This document shows, piece by piece, positions 1 through 10,462 of a DNA stretch of 64,000 nt (the stretch's first letter is position 1; each line of letters starts with the position of its first letter). A program made the position numbers and the translations under genes. Location: assembly GCA_038087875.1 (NCBI GenBank), contig JAXLNO010000697.1, positions 1-64,000 on the forward strand, written 5' to 3'. The notes below the pieces were generated by a model that searched no databases, was not told where the DNA came from, and saw only the letters and a list, made by a program, of their open reading frames with translations. Origin of the DNA: Malacoraja senta. Lineage: Eukaryota.

Positions 1-33
1 TGCAAGTTCTCTGAAACTTTGGTAATTGATATT

Positions 34-490
34 TCAAGAGTCAAGAGAGTTTTATTGTCATGTGTCCCAGATAGGACAATGAAATTCTTGCTTGCTGCAG
101 CACAACAGAATATGTAAACATAATACAGAACAGGAGATAAAAGTTCAGTGTGTCTATAGACCATATATATATATACATATATATACACAATAAATAAACA
201 GATAAAGTGCAATAGGCTGTTATTGTTCAGAGTTTGTTTGATGGCTGTGGGGAAGTAGCTGTTCCTGAACCTCGATGTTCCAGATTTCAAGCTCCTGTAT
301 CTTCTTCCTGATGGCAACGGAGAGATGAGTGAGTGGCCAGGATGGTGTGGATCTTTGATGATGTTGGCAGCCTTTTTGAGGCAGCGACTGCGATAGATCC
401 CTTCGATTTAAAGGGAGGTCAGAGTCGATGATGGCCTGGGCAGTGGTCACAACTTTCTGCATTCTTTTCCGCTCCTAGACGTTCAAGTTG
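34..490 (-). mobile_element. 3' fragment of Rex1/Babar-like LINE (RT C-terminal region plus short-repeat tail)
   Basis: ORF 220-462 (QKVVTTAQAII...PSWPLTHLS) resembles the C-terminus seen at 1790-2282; tail tcaagagtcaagag followed by tttattgtc (AATAA on -). Confidence 0.55.
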
Positions 491-824
491 CCGAACCAAG
501 TTATGTTTAACCAAAAAATGCAACCAGTTATGTTTAACCAAAAAATGATGTTTGATATGAATTTGGTCTGGAATCCATTTTCATTCTCAGTTGACGTTCT
601 CTCCCTGGCTGAGTAATGTGAACCCTGGAACACCAGTCTGCACAAGACACTGCATAGCAGTGACTTTCTGGAGAGACATTCCCTTTCCTCAAGAGTAGCA
701 ACTGCTCAACTAACCACAGCATGGTCTTGTTACTATCGGCACAATATCACAAGAGGAGATAACCACATTTAACAGAGTGCAGGAGATGGTTAGACACACG
801 TATGTACAACCAGGCTCCTTCACC

Positions 825-1470
825 CAGAGTAGTGCAATCAAGAACCAGGGCATGGGTTTAAAGTGAGGGGGGACAGATTTAATGGGAATCTGAGGGGCAA
901 CCTTTTCACACAGAGGGCACTGGGTACATGGAATGTGCTGCAGGATGAGGTAGTTGACGCAGAAACTATGACAATGTTTTAAAGTTATTTGGACAGGTAC
1001 ATGGATAGGACGAATAGTGAAAGGCCTGGACAGAGCGGATGTAAAGAGGATGATTCCACTGGTGGGAGAGTCGAGGACCATAGCCTCAGAATTAAAGGAG
1101 GTTCCTCTAGGAAGATGAGGAGGAATTTGTTTTGTCACAGGGTAGTGAATCTGAGGAAGTCATTGCCACAGAAGGCTGTGGAGGCCCACTCAATGGGTAT
1201 TTTTAAAGCAGAGATAGATTGATTCTTGATTAGTATTGGTGTCAAGGGGAGAAGGCAAGAAAATGGGGTTAGGAAGGCGAGATAGATCAGCCATGATTGA
1301 ATGGCAGAGTAGACTTGATGGGCTGAATGGCCTAATTCTGCTCCTATCACATGAACATGAGATGATCAGTGATTTAGGCCAAACACGGGGAGACGGGACT
1401 AGTGTAGATCGGGCACCTTGGTTGGCAAAGGCAAGCTGAGCCGAAGGGCCTGTTACCGTCCTGTATAAAT
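825..1470 (+). mobile_element. Degraded CR1 LINE 3' fragments (two or three pieces)
   Basis: CR1 RT C-terminal motifs (GHSLRIKG, FxxRVVNLxxSLPQKAVEA) and 3'UTR gatgggctgaatggcct / gagccgaagggcctgtt. Confidence 0.7.
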
Positions 1471-1525
1471 CTATGACTCCATGATCACTCCAATGCCAAC
1501 ACGCTTGTACCCAGCTCCATCCACT

Positions 1526-1745
1526 CAATGGACTTTCTGATGGACCTCTTTTCCAGTGTCGACAAACAATTGTACAAGTACAAATACTCAACTCCACTCT
1601 TCAAATTAGCAGCAAGCCAACTAGACTGAGATGCCACACACAGAGGGCCGACAACAATGAGTGGACTGACCCTGTGACACTAATTTTGAAGAACAGCAGG
1701 CTTGGTCTTCTCAGTGTCCTGGCTACTGAGCAGTTTTGGAATAAA
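1526..1745 (-). pseudogene. Degenerate Ig heavy-chain C exon (IgNAR C4-like, i.e. IgW CH5 equivalent)
   Basis: Pyrimidine-rich acceptor ttttacatcttcag at 1746. The C-terminal frame reads ...AANLKSGVEYLYLYNCLSTLEKRSIRKSI, matching my recollection of the IgNAR C4 end (SEWDSGTEYVCL...LPTPVKASIRKAN) with W>L and C>Y. It has an internal stop, is too short (220 bp) and lacks a GT donor (ATTG|AGTGG). It lies immediately downstream of the intact CH exon. Confidence 0.5.
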
Positions 1746-1789
1746 CTGAAGATGTAAAAGTACAGAAATATTTAGCATTGTGCCCTAGT

Positions 1790-2282
1790 TCTGGTTGCAT
1801 CGTGGCCTGGTTCGGCAACTTGAACGTCCAGGAGCGAAAAAGACTACAAAAAGTTGTGACTACTGCCCAGTTCATCGCCGGCTTTGACCGTCGAAGGGAT
1901 CTATCGTAGTCGCTGCCTCAAAAAGGCAGCCAAAATCATCAAAGACCCACACCATCCTGGCCACACACTCATCTCACCATTGCCATCAGGAAGCAGTTAC
2001 AGGAGCCTGAAAACTGTAACGTCCAGGTACAGGAACAGCTTCTTCCCTGCAGCCATCAGGCTATTAAACACAATGAATAAGCTCTGAGCTCTGAACTGCA
2101 AAAGATTATATTATTATTTGTTATTTGCACTATTTGTTATTTATTGATCTTTTTCTATTTTTCTCTTCCCCCGTTATGTACTATGTTTACATATTCACAT
2201 ATTCTGTTGTGCTGCAACAAGCATGAAATGCATTGTCCTGTCCAGGGCATATGACAATAAAACACTCTTCACTCTTCTTGAC
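1790..2282 (+). mobile_element. Rex1/Babar-like LINE 3' fragment
   Basis: ORF 1884-2087 RCLKKAAKIIKDPHHPGHTLISPLPSG.SYRSLKTVTSRYRNSFFPAAIRLLN; 3'UTR ends gacaataaaacactcttcactcttc. Confidence 0.7.
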
Positions 2283-2416
2283 CCTAGTCTAGGCCTCTTG
2301 GTTATCACTCACTCACTCACACACTGCAACACCTGTCCTTCAGTGCTAAACTTGCCTGGCCCTATTTTGTGACGGGGTAAAAGATGTGATCATTAAAGTG
2401 AATCCCAGCAACGTAC

Positions 2417-2734
2417 CTTGAAAGCTTTTCACTTCCCGACTGATACTGGTGTTCGAGGGGGGATGAGACACTGTACAGCCGAAGACTGAGCCTTTCTTCC
2501 AATCCTCTGAACTCACAGTCAGGAAGTGGCTGGCACTGAAAGTCCCCCCTTGCTCCAGAGCAGTCGGTGTAGCGTTGGTGGTGGAGGAGATCAGGGCTCC
2601 GTCTTTCTCCCAAGTGACGTTTATGAGGTCCGGGTAGAAACCAGAGAGCACACATTCGAGGGTGGCTGTGTGGCTACGCGTGGTCTCTTGATGAGCTGGA
2701 GGCAGCAGGCTGACCTTGAGTCTTTTTGTTTCAA
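2417..2734 (-). CDS. IgW: Intact Ig heavy-chain constant exon, IgNAR C3-like (IgW long-form CH4 equivalent)
   Basis: Acceptor tttgctcctctgttccag|TT, donor CAAG|GTACGT, 318 bp, phase 1-1, no stops. VETKRLKVSLLPP...ATLECVLSGFYPDLINVTWEKDG...PTALEQGGTFSASHFLTVSSEDWKKGSVFGCTVSHPPS has the C1-set Cys/Trp/Cys core and the PTALEQ motif. Domain numbering is inferred from recalled IgNAR/IgW homology. Confidence 0.9.
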
Positions 2735-2777
2735 CTGGAACAGAGGAGCAAAGTAGATGTGAGACCCTCTTCCTCAA

Positions 2778-3055
2778 GGGCCTGTCCCACTTACGCAACT
2801 TTTTCAGCGACTGCCAGCACCCGTCATTGGTCGTTACAGGTGGCCGAAAATGTTCAACATGTTGAAAATCCAGAACAAGGTACGACTCTTTTGGCAACTA
2901 CTCACGACCATACAGGCTTCACCCAGTATGGTCATGAGTAGTCTCCTCAGTCTCCCAAAGAGTCGTAGAGTCTTCTGGTCACCGTTGGATTTTCAACATG
3001 TTGAAAATTTTCGGTTACCTGCTGCGACTATGACGGGTGCCGGTAGTCGCAGAAA
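2778..3055. mobile_element. Harbinger-type non-autonomous element (one end)
   Basis: Begins GGGCCTGTCCCACT, similar to the termini at 52096/52700; internal palindromic aaaatgttcaacatgttgaaaat motif present twice. Confidence 0.5.
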
Positions 3056-3059
3056 AAAA

Positions 3060-3482
3060 TTTCGGAGCTCCCGCAACGGCAACTTCTCCCGCCCGAGTTG
3101 CGGGGTTGAAAATGACCTGGAGCGGGGCCTTACATCGCACAGCGCGGCTTTAAATGGCCGGGGGACTTGCTAGCGCCCGCCAAGGGCTCCAACATCAAAA
3201 CCCGGAGCGCGGCCTTGCATCGCCCGGCGCGTCTTTAATGGCCGCGGGACTTACCATCGCCCGCTGGGGGCTTTGACTTTGACATCGGGAGGAGAATGAG
3301 GAGAGCAGGGGAGAGACAAGACTTTGCCTTCCATCACAGTGAGGAGGAGATTCACTGTGATGGATGTTTGTGTGTAAATTGTGTTGTGTCTTGGTTCTTT
3401 GTACTTGTTTGTATGACTGCAGAAACCAAATTTCGTTTGAACTTAGGTTCAAATGACAACAAATAAATTGTATCATTGTATC
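3060..3482 (+). repeat. Dispersed repeat / LINE 3' end with internal GC-rich duplication
   Basis: Two ~50-bp copies of ggagcg..gcctt.catcgc...gcg.cttt.aatggccg.gggactt; ends aataaattgtatcattgtatca (poly(A) signal plus short-repeat tail). Confidence 0.45.
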
Positions 3483-3580
3483 AAAATTGCGGAATTGGGA
3501 CAGGCTCTTTATGGAAAGCCAGGGCAGAAATCCAAACAGATGTCTTATAAAAGAACTTTAAGATGTTTATGTCATCACAT

Positions 3581-3679
3581 AAAAGACTGATCAATGGCAG
3601 ATCAAACTATACACTGGCTAGATTTATTGCAAAAGACTGACCAATGGCAGATCAAACTATACACTGGCTAGATTATTGA
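3581..3679. repeat. 50-bp tandem duplication (2 copies)
   Basis: aaaagactga(t/c)caatggcagatcaaactatacactggctagat(t)tattg repeated. Confidence 0.9.
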
Positions 3680-4323
3680 AAACAGAATAGCAGAAAAACT
3701 CGTGTTAAATAGCAGGTTGGGTGTTTTGACTGAAAAAAACCCAGAACAAAGGAGCCGTCAACTGGGATTTGACTCTCTCTCCCATCACCATGATCAGCTG
3801 GTACATTACAGGGGCACAATTTGATATGTGCTTTGCTTGGAACCCCTGCAGCATCGATTAGTAATACTGAGCAACGTGAATGAGAAACGCTACTTTTCTC
3901 CTTGTAGGCCAAGCCTGGGATTCCCTTGGTTTAAGAATGTCACATGCTGATATCGCAGTCTTACTCTGACCATGTGTCTCACCATCTCTGAAACCTTTAC
4001 CACAAACACAACCTTCTGTAAAGGTGTCATTCTTCCAACTCTGGGCACTCATAAGCCTGCACTCCTTTCACCTTTGTACCACTTGCTGTGTCACGTTGCA
4101 GTGTTGCTCACAAGCACCAAAGCAGACTCAGCAGATTCATCCCCCGCATCTCTCCTCCTTGAAATGAAGAATGACAGTAAATGTCAATCCAGAAGTTGTC
4201 GATCTGGTGACATGAGCTCAAAATTCCAACCCATGATCTGGGAATTTCAATTTTATTAATAAATGCATTCTGACGTAAAATGCTTCCGTTGGTGGTGACG
4301 CATGTCGATAGTTCACTGCTGCA

Positions 4324-4869
4324 CTTCATGGAAGGGAATGTGTCATCATATCTGTTCTGGCCAGTACGCAACTACATACCTGTAGCAAAATGGCTACAGA
4401 CTAGTGTCAGTTTAGTGTGACTGTGCTCCAGTGAAGACTTTGAGGCGTTTCAGTAATTGATAGAAACTATCTGAAATAAATTAGTGGCTGACTCTCCAGC
4501 GACAGCAGAGCAAATCATAAATGGTTAGAAGTATCAAGGTCCCCCTCCTGCTGCAGATTGGGATGAAATTCTGCATTAGATGTATTTTCCCGTTTCACTT
4601 CAGAATCATTGGGGGAGGAAGAGAATGATTCATTCATTCATTGCCGCTGACTGACCTACACTGCCACTTGTCCTCTGAAGCAGCATCATGAGTCTAGTTC
4701 CACTCAGCTCACTCTCGTGTGTGCACTGTTTACACACTCAGTCACTTGTGCCACATGAGCTGATTTTGCTTTCAAACACTTATTGTGGAGGGTGATAACG
4801 TTTGTGTCAGAATTGAAACTATCAGAGCCCGGAGATCAAAGTCTTCAACTGCGTAGAAAGCAGTCATAA
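4324..4869 (-). repeat. Left arm of inverted segmental duplication (reverse complement of 55411-55476 + 63521-64000)
   Basis: Direct comparison gave 2 mismatches over ~545 bp; homology runs off the right edge of the window. Confidence 0.97.
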
Positions 4870-4950
4870 TATTCTCACCTCCACTATATTACAATTATCT
4901 TTGGTGCTGGATTTGATGGGAGAGGAGAGAGAGAAGCAGGGAGGAGAGGG

Positions 4951-5535
4951 GAACCCCTTTACATTGGGGACCTGGGATGGAGAGTGTGGTGGCGTGTAAT
5001 GAACTTTTGAGTCGGATCACGGGCTCGTCGGCCGCCTGTATTTTCTGTGGTGAGGAGGAAACCGTGTTCCACGCGTATATGGAGTGTGAGAGGTTACTGC
5101 CCCTGTACCAATATCTGAAGGGGCTGTTCCTCAAGTTCTGGTTGCATTTTAGTCCCATGATTCTAGTGTTTGGACACAAGGCAGGGAGTGAGGAGAGCCG
5201 ATCGGGGGGTGGGACCTCCCTGTCGGTTTGCTCCTGGGCCTGGCCAAGATGGCCATTCGTGGGTCCAGGCAGTGGGCGGTCAATGGTCATGCTAGAGTCG
5301 GCTGTCTGCCCCTCTTCCGGGCCTACATCCGTGCTCGCGGGTCCCTGGAGAGGGAACACGTGGTGTCCTTGGGGACACTGGATGCCTTCCGTGGGCGCTG
5401 GTCACCACATGGGGTTGAGAGTATCGTAAATAATTAATGCATCATTGTACTATAATGATTATTTGATACATTGTAACTTCTGATTGTGTTTTTGATGTAT
5501 CATGTGTTTGTGCTTAATAAAGTTTTTGAAAAGGA
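4951..5535 (+). mobile_element. Tx1-like LINE 3' fragment inserted in the GA-rich tract
   Basis: ORF 4977-5429 with CIFCGEEETVFHAYMEC (C-terminal CCHC) and LLGLAKMAI; ends aataaagtttttgaaaag. Confidence 0.75.
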
Positions 5536-6775
5536 AAGAAAAAGAGGAGAGAAGAGGAGAGGAATGGAGGGGAGGGAAGAGGGGAGGGGAGGGAGAGGAG
5601 AGGGGAAGGGTGAAGAGAGGGGAGAGGAGGGGAGAGCAGAGGAGACAATCTCTCACCTAGTCCATATTGCAATTATTTTTGGTGCTGGTTTTGAGGGGAG
5701 AGAGAGGGGATGAGAGATAAGGGGAGAAGGGGTGCAGAGGAGTGGGTAGGAGGAGAGAGGAGAGGGGAGGGGAGAGAAGAGCAGAGGGGAGGGGAGGGGA
5801 GGGGCAAGAGGAGAGGTGAGGAGAGGGGAGAGGGGGGGAAAGGAGAGGAGAGAGGGAGGTAGCAGAGAGCAGGGGAGGAGAGGGGAAGAAAAGAGAGGAG
5901 ATGTGGGGACGAGGGGAGAGGGGAGGGCAGGAGAGGAGAGAGAGGGAAGAGGAGAGTAGAGAACAATCTCTCAACTCCACTATATTATCTTTGGTGCTGG
6001 ATTTGAAGGGAGGGGGAGAGAGAAGCAGAGAGGGGAGAAGGGGTGAGGGGAGGAGTGAAGAGGGCAGAGGAGGGGAGGGGAGAGAGAAGAGGAAAGTAAA
6101 GGAGAGGAGAAATAAGGATGGGGAGGGGAGGAGAGTTGAGAGGAGAGGGGTGAAGAGTAGGGGAGGGGATAGAAGAGTGGAAAGTATAGGAGTGGAGGGG
6201 GTGGGGTGAGAGGAGAGAAGGGAGGTGAGGGAGGCAGAGTAGGGGAGAGGAGAGAGGAGGAGAAGGGGGGAGAGGGGAGAAGAGAAAGGAGGAGAGTAGA
6301 AGGTAGGAGGGAGAGGAGAGAAGAGGGAGGAGAGAAGATGGGGGGGAGGGAGGGGGAGGAGAGGGTAGAAGAGAGGAGAGGGTAGAGGAGAGGGTAGAGG
6401 AGAGGAGAGAATGGCAGGAGAGGGGGAGAGAGGCGACAGGGAGAGAGAGTGTAGGGGTAGAGGAGAGGAGAGTAGGGGAGAATGTAGGCGAGGAGGGGAG
6501 AATGGAGGGGAGGAGGGTAGTGGAGGTGAGAGGAGAGTGAAGAGGGGAGATGTGAGGAGTGGAGGAGGGGAGAAGAGATGGTGTGGAGAGGAGAGGAGGG
6601 GAGGATGGAAGGAGAGAGGAGGGGAGATGGGAGGGAAGAGGAGAGGGGATGAGGGGAGTTTAGAAGAGACGAGAGGGGAGGGGAGGAGAGGATGTGTGGA
6701 GAGGTGAAGGGAGGATGGGAAAGAGGAGAGGTATGTAAAGGAGAGGAGAAGTAAGGATGGAGAGGGGAGGAGAGG
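5536..6775 (+). repeat. ~1.2-kb polypurine (GA/GGA-rich) low-complexity tract punctuated by a ~50-bp spacer unit
   Basis: Almost pure G/A on +. The spacer caatctctca.ct....tat...attat.tttggtgctgg.tttga occurs at ~4870, ~5646 and ~5963. Confidence 0.95.
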
Positions 6776-8345
6776 CCGATAAATCCCCAGGGCCAGATAG
6801 GCTGCATCCCAGAGTACTTAAGGAAGTAGCCCCAGAAATAGTGGATGCATTAGTGATAATTTTTCAAAACTCTTTAGATTCTGGAGTAGTTCCTGAGGAT
6901 TGGAGGGTAGCTAATGTAACCCCACTTTTTAAAAAGGGAGGGAGAGAGAAAACGGGGAATTACAGACCAGTTAGTCTAACATCGGTAGTGGGGAAACTGC
7001 TAGAGTCAGTTATTAAAGATGGGATAGCAGCACATTTGAAAAGTGGTGAAATCATTGGACAAAGTCAGCATGGATTTATGAAAGGTAAATCATGTCTGAC
7101 GAATCTTATAGAATTTTTCGAGGATGCAACTAGTAGAGTGGATCAGGGAGAACCAGTGGATGTGTTATATCTGGACTTTCAGAAGGCTTTCGACAAGGTT
7201 CCACATAAGAGATTAGTATGCTAACTTAAAGCACACGGTATTGGGTGTTCAGTATTGATGTGGATAGAGAACTGGCTGGCAGACAGGAAGCAAAGAGTAG
7301 GAGGAAACGGGTCCTTTTCAGAATGGCCGGCAGTGACTAGTGAGGTGCTGTGTGCTGGGACTTCAGCTATTTACAATATATATTAATGATCTGGATGAGG
7401 GAATTGAATACAACATCTCCAAGTTTGCGGATGACACGAAGCTGGGGGGCAGTGTTAGCTGTGAGGAGGATGCTAGGAGGCTGAAAGGTGACTTGGATAG
7501 GTTGGGTGAGTGGGCAAATGCATGGCAGATGCAGTATAATGTGGATAAATGTGAGGTTATCCACTTTGGTGGCCAAAACAGGAAAGTAGACTATTATCTG
7601 AATGGTGGCCGATTAGGAAAAGGGGAGATGCAACGAGACCTGGGTGTCATGGTACACCAGTCATTGAAAGTAGGCATGCAGGTGCAGCAGGCAGTGAAGA
7701 AAGCAAATGGTATGTTAGCATTCATAGCAAAATAATTTGAGTATAAGAGCAGGGAGGTTCTACTGCAGTTGTACAGGGTCTTGGTGAGACCACACCTGGA
7801 GTATTGTGTACAGTTTTGGTCGCCTAATCTGAGGAAAGACATTCTTGCCAAAGAGGGAGTACAGAGAAGGTTCACCAGACTGATTCCTGGGATGGCAGGA
7901 CTTTCATATGAAGAAAGACTGGATAGACTCGGCTTGTACTCGCTAGAATTTAGAAGATTGAGGGGGGATCTTATAGAAACTTACAAAATTCTGAAGGGGT
8001 TGGACAGGCTAGATGCAGGAAGATTGTTCCCGATGTTGGGGAAGTCCAGAACAAGGGGTCATAGTTTAAGGATAAGGGGGAAGTCTTTTGTGACCGAGAT
8101 GAGAAAACATTTTTCACACAGAGTGGTGAATCTGTTGAATTCTCTGCCACAGAAGGTAGTTGAGGCCAGTTCATAGGCTATATTTAAGAGGGAGTTAGAT
8201 GTGGCCCTTGTGGCTAAAGGGATCAGGGGGTATGGAGAGAAGGCAGGTACAGGATACTGAGTTGGATGATCAGCCATGATAATATTGAATGGCGGTGCAG
8301 GCTCGAAGGGCCGAATGGCCTACTCCTGCACCTATTTTCTATGTT
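6776..8345 (+). mobile_element. CR1 LINE (family 2) RT to 3' end, with stops and frameshifts
   Basis: [49 protein letters not shown]; tail cctattttctatgtttct. Confidence 0.9.
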
Positions 8346-9775
8346 TCTCTGTAACTTAGTTGCTGAAACCCAGGCAACATTCTAGTAAATCTCCTCTATA
8401 CTCTCTCTATTTTGTTGACATCTTTCCTATAATTTGGCGAACAAAATTGTACACCATACTCCAGAATTGGCCTCACCAATGCCTTGTACAATTTTAACAT
8501 TACATCCCAACTTCTATACTCAATGCTCTGATTTGTAAAGGTCAGCACACCAAAAGCTTTCTTTACCACCCTATCTATATGAGATTCCACCTTCAGGGAA
8601 CTATGCACAGTTATTCCTAGATCCCTATGTTCAACTACATTCCTCAATACGCTACCTTTTACCATGTAATTCGCTACCATTTACCATGTAATTCGCTTCC
8701 ATTTACCATGTGTATATATATACACACATATATATATATCCACATATATATATCCACTTCACAGTTCACACTGCCACCCAGTTTTGTGTCATCCGCAAAC
8801 TCGCTAGTGTTGCTCCTAATTCCCTCTTCCAAATCATTAACATATATGGTAAACAGTTGCGGCCCCAACACCGAGCCTTGCGGCACTCCACTCGCCACTG
8901 CCTGCCAATCTGAAAAGGACCCGTTCACTCCTACTCTTTGCGTCCGGTCTGCCAACTAATTTTCTATCCATGTCAACACCCTACCCCCAACACCATGTGC
9001 TCTAATTTGAGTCACCAGTCTCTCGTGCAGGACCTTATCAAAGGCATTCTGAAAGTCTAGATACACTACATCCACTGGCACCCCTTCATCCATTTTACTT
9101 GTCACATCCTCAAAAAATTCCAGAAGATTAGTCAAGCATGATTTCCCTTTCATAAATCCTTGTTGACTTGGACTAATCCTTTTACTGCTATCCAAATGTC
9201 ACCACCGAAGTCAGGCTAATTGGTCTGTAATTCCCCGTTTTCTCTCTCACTCCTTTCTTGAAAAGTGGGATAACATTAGCTATCCTCCAATCCACAGCAA
9301 CTGATCCTGAATCTATTAAACATTGGAAAATGATCACCAATGCGTCCACTATTTCTAGAGCCACCTCCCTGAGGACCCTGGGATGCAGACCATCAGGCCC
9401 AGGGGATTTATCATCCTTCAGTCCCATTAGCCTACCCAATACTATTTCTCGCCTAATGAAAATTTCTTTCAGTTCCTCTACCCCCTTAGATTCTCTGTCC
9501 TTCAGTACATCTGGGAGATTGTTTGTGTCTTCCTTAGTGAAGACAGATCCGAAGTACCTATTCAACTCTTCTGCCATTTCCTTGTTGCCCATAATAATTT
9601 CACCTGTGTCTGCCTTCAAGGGACCCACATTTGACTTTGCTACTCTTTTTCCCTTAACATATTTAAAGAAGCTTTTACTGTCCTTCTTTACATTCCTGGC
9701 CAGCTTCCCTTCGTACTTCATCTTTTCAGCCCGTATTGCCCATTTTGTTTCCTTCTGTTGTCCTATGAAAGTTTC
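8345..9775 (-). mobile_element. CR1 fragments (families 1 and 2) with internal deletions and a TA/CA microsatellite at ~8710-8752
   Basis: Minus-strand ORFs 8396-8680, 8674-8955, 8956-9195 and 9188-9811 are all CR1 ORF2 pieces. Confidence 0.85.
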
Positions 9776-9789
9776 CCAATCCTCTGGCA

Positions 9790-10435
9790 TCTGCTCCAGA
9801 AAAGCAGACATGGGCAGTGCCCGTCCATCAGGGCTAACATCTTCGCCATGATGGTGGATGGCCGCCGGTCGCCGACACTGTCCATGTGCAGCAGCTTCGC
9901 TGCCCTGGCTCTGTGGCTGAGACCATAAGCGTGGAGCAGCAGGGCCGTCAGCCCTTCGTATTTGGCGATGGACGGCGGGTCCCTGATGTAGGGCAACAAC
10001 CTCGAGGCACAGTCCTGCGGTAAAGCCCCCACCACATGGAAATACATTGTGTCGTGCGCTACGATGCGATGGAGGTGAAACTGTGCCTCAACGTGGGCGA
10101 ACCACACCTGAGGTTGGTCAGGCCAAAACGCTGGCAATTTGAAAGATGGTGAGCCCTGATTCTGCGGGAACGTTGTCTTCCTGCATAATTCTCTTGTCTA
10201 ACGACGGGTAGACAGGTCGGGGTTACCAATTTGGCGGTTACAAGAACGACAACTGAACAAAATTAACTTTTCAGTAAACAGGTTCTCTGGACATGTCTGG
10301 CCACATCGGTGGTCAGTGCTGAACTAGCGCGCGAAAGCAAAACCGCGCGAAAACAAGCAGCCCCTCCCGAGTCACGTGACCGCGGCTTCCGAACGCCGGG
10401 TTCGATACCTGTGTGCGCCAGTAGGCGCCACTATA
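9790..10435 (-). mobile_element. Gypsy LTR-retrotransposon 5' end: short LTR (~10231-10435), tRNA-Trp-like PBS (10211-10228) and truncated gag
   Basis: Gag N-terminus LPAFWPDQPQVWFAHVEAQF...GDRRPS; TGGTAACCCCGAC just after the LTR resembles the complement of the tRNA-Trp 3' end (TGGTGACCCCGAC). Confidence 0.75.
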
Positions 10436-10462
10436 ATGTGTTCTTTCCAATATCTGACGGCA

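Noticed and set aside
534-800. Possible CH6 remnant (KVTAMQCLV) downstream of the CH5-like exon
   Set aside because: Only a few residues resemble a C domain, with no acceptor and no conserved Trp or second Cys.
3673-4371. Minus-strand ORFs 3673-3912, 3858-4052 and 4108-4371 as a possible extra C exon or Cys-rich secretory tail
   Set aside because: Fragments such as MSAQSWKNDTFT..C or YWPEQI are suggestive, but Cys/Trp spacing, frame continuity and splice sites do not fit an Ig domain or the IgW tail.
5459-6807. Long Pro/Ser/Leu- or Gly/Glu/Arg-rich ORFs (e.g. 5980-6807, 275 aa)
   Set aside because: Stop-free only because of the GA/CT low-complexity tract; no domain signal.
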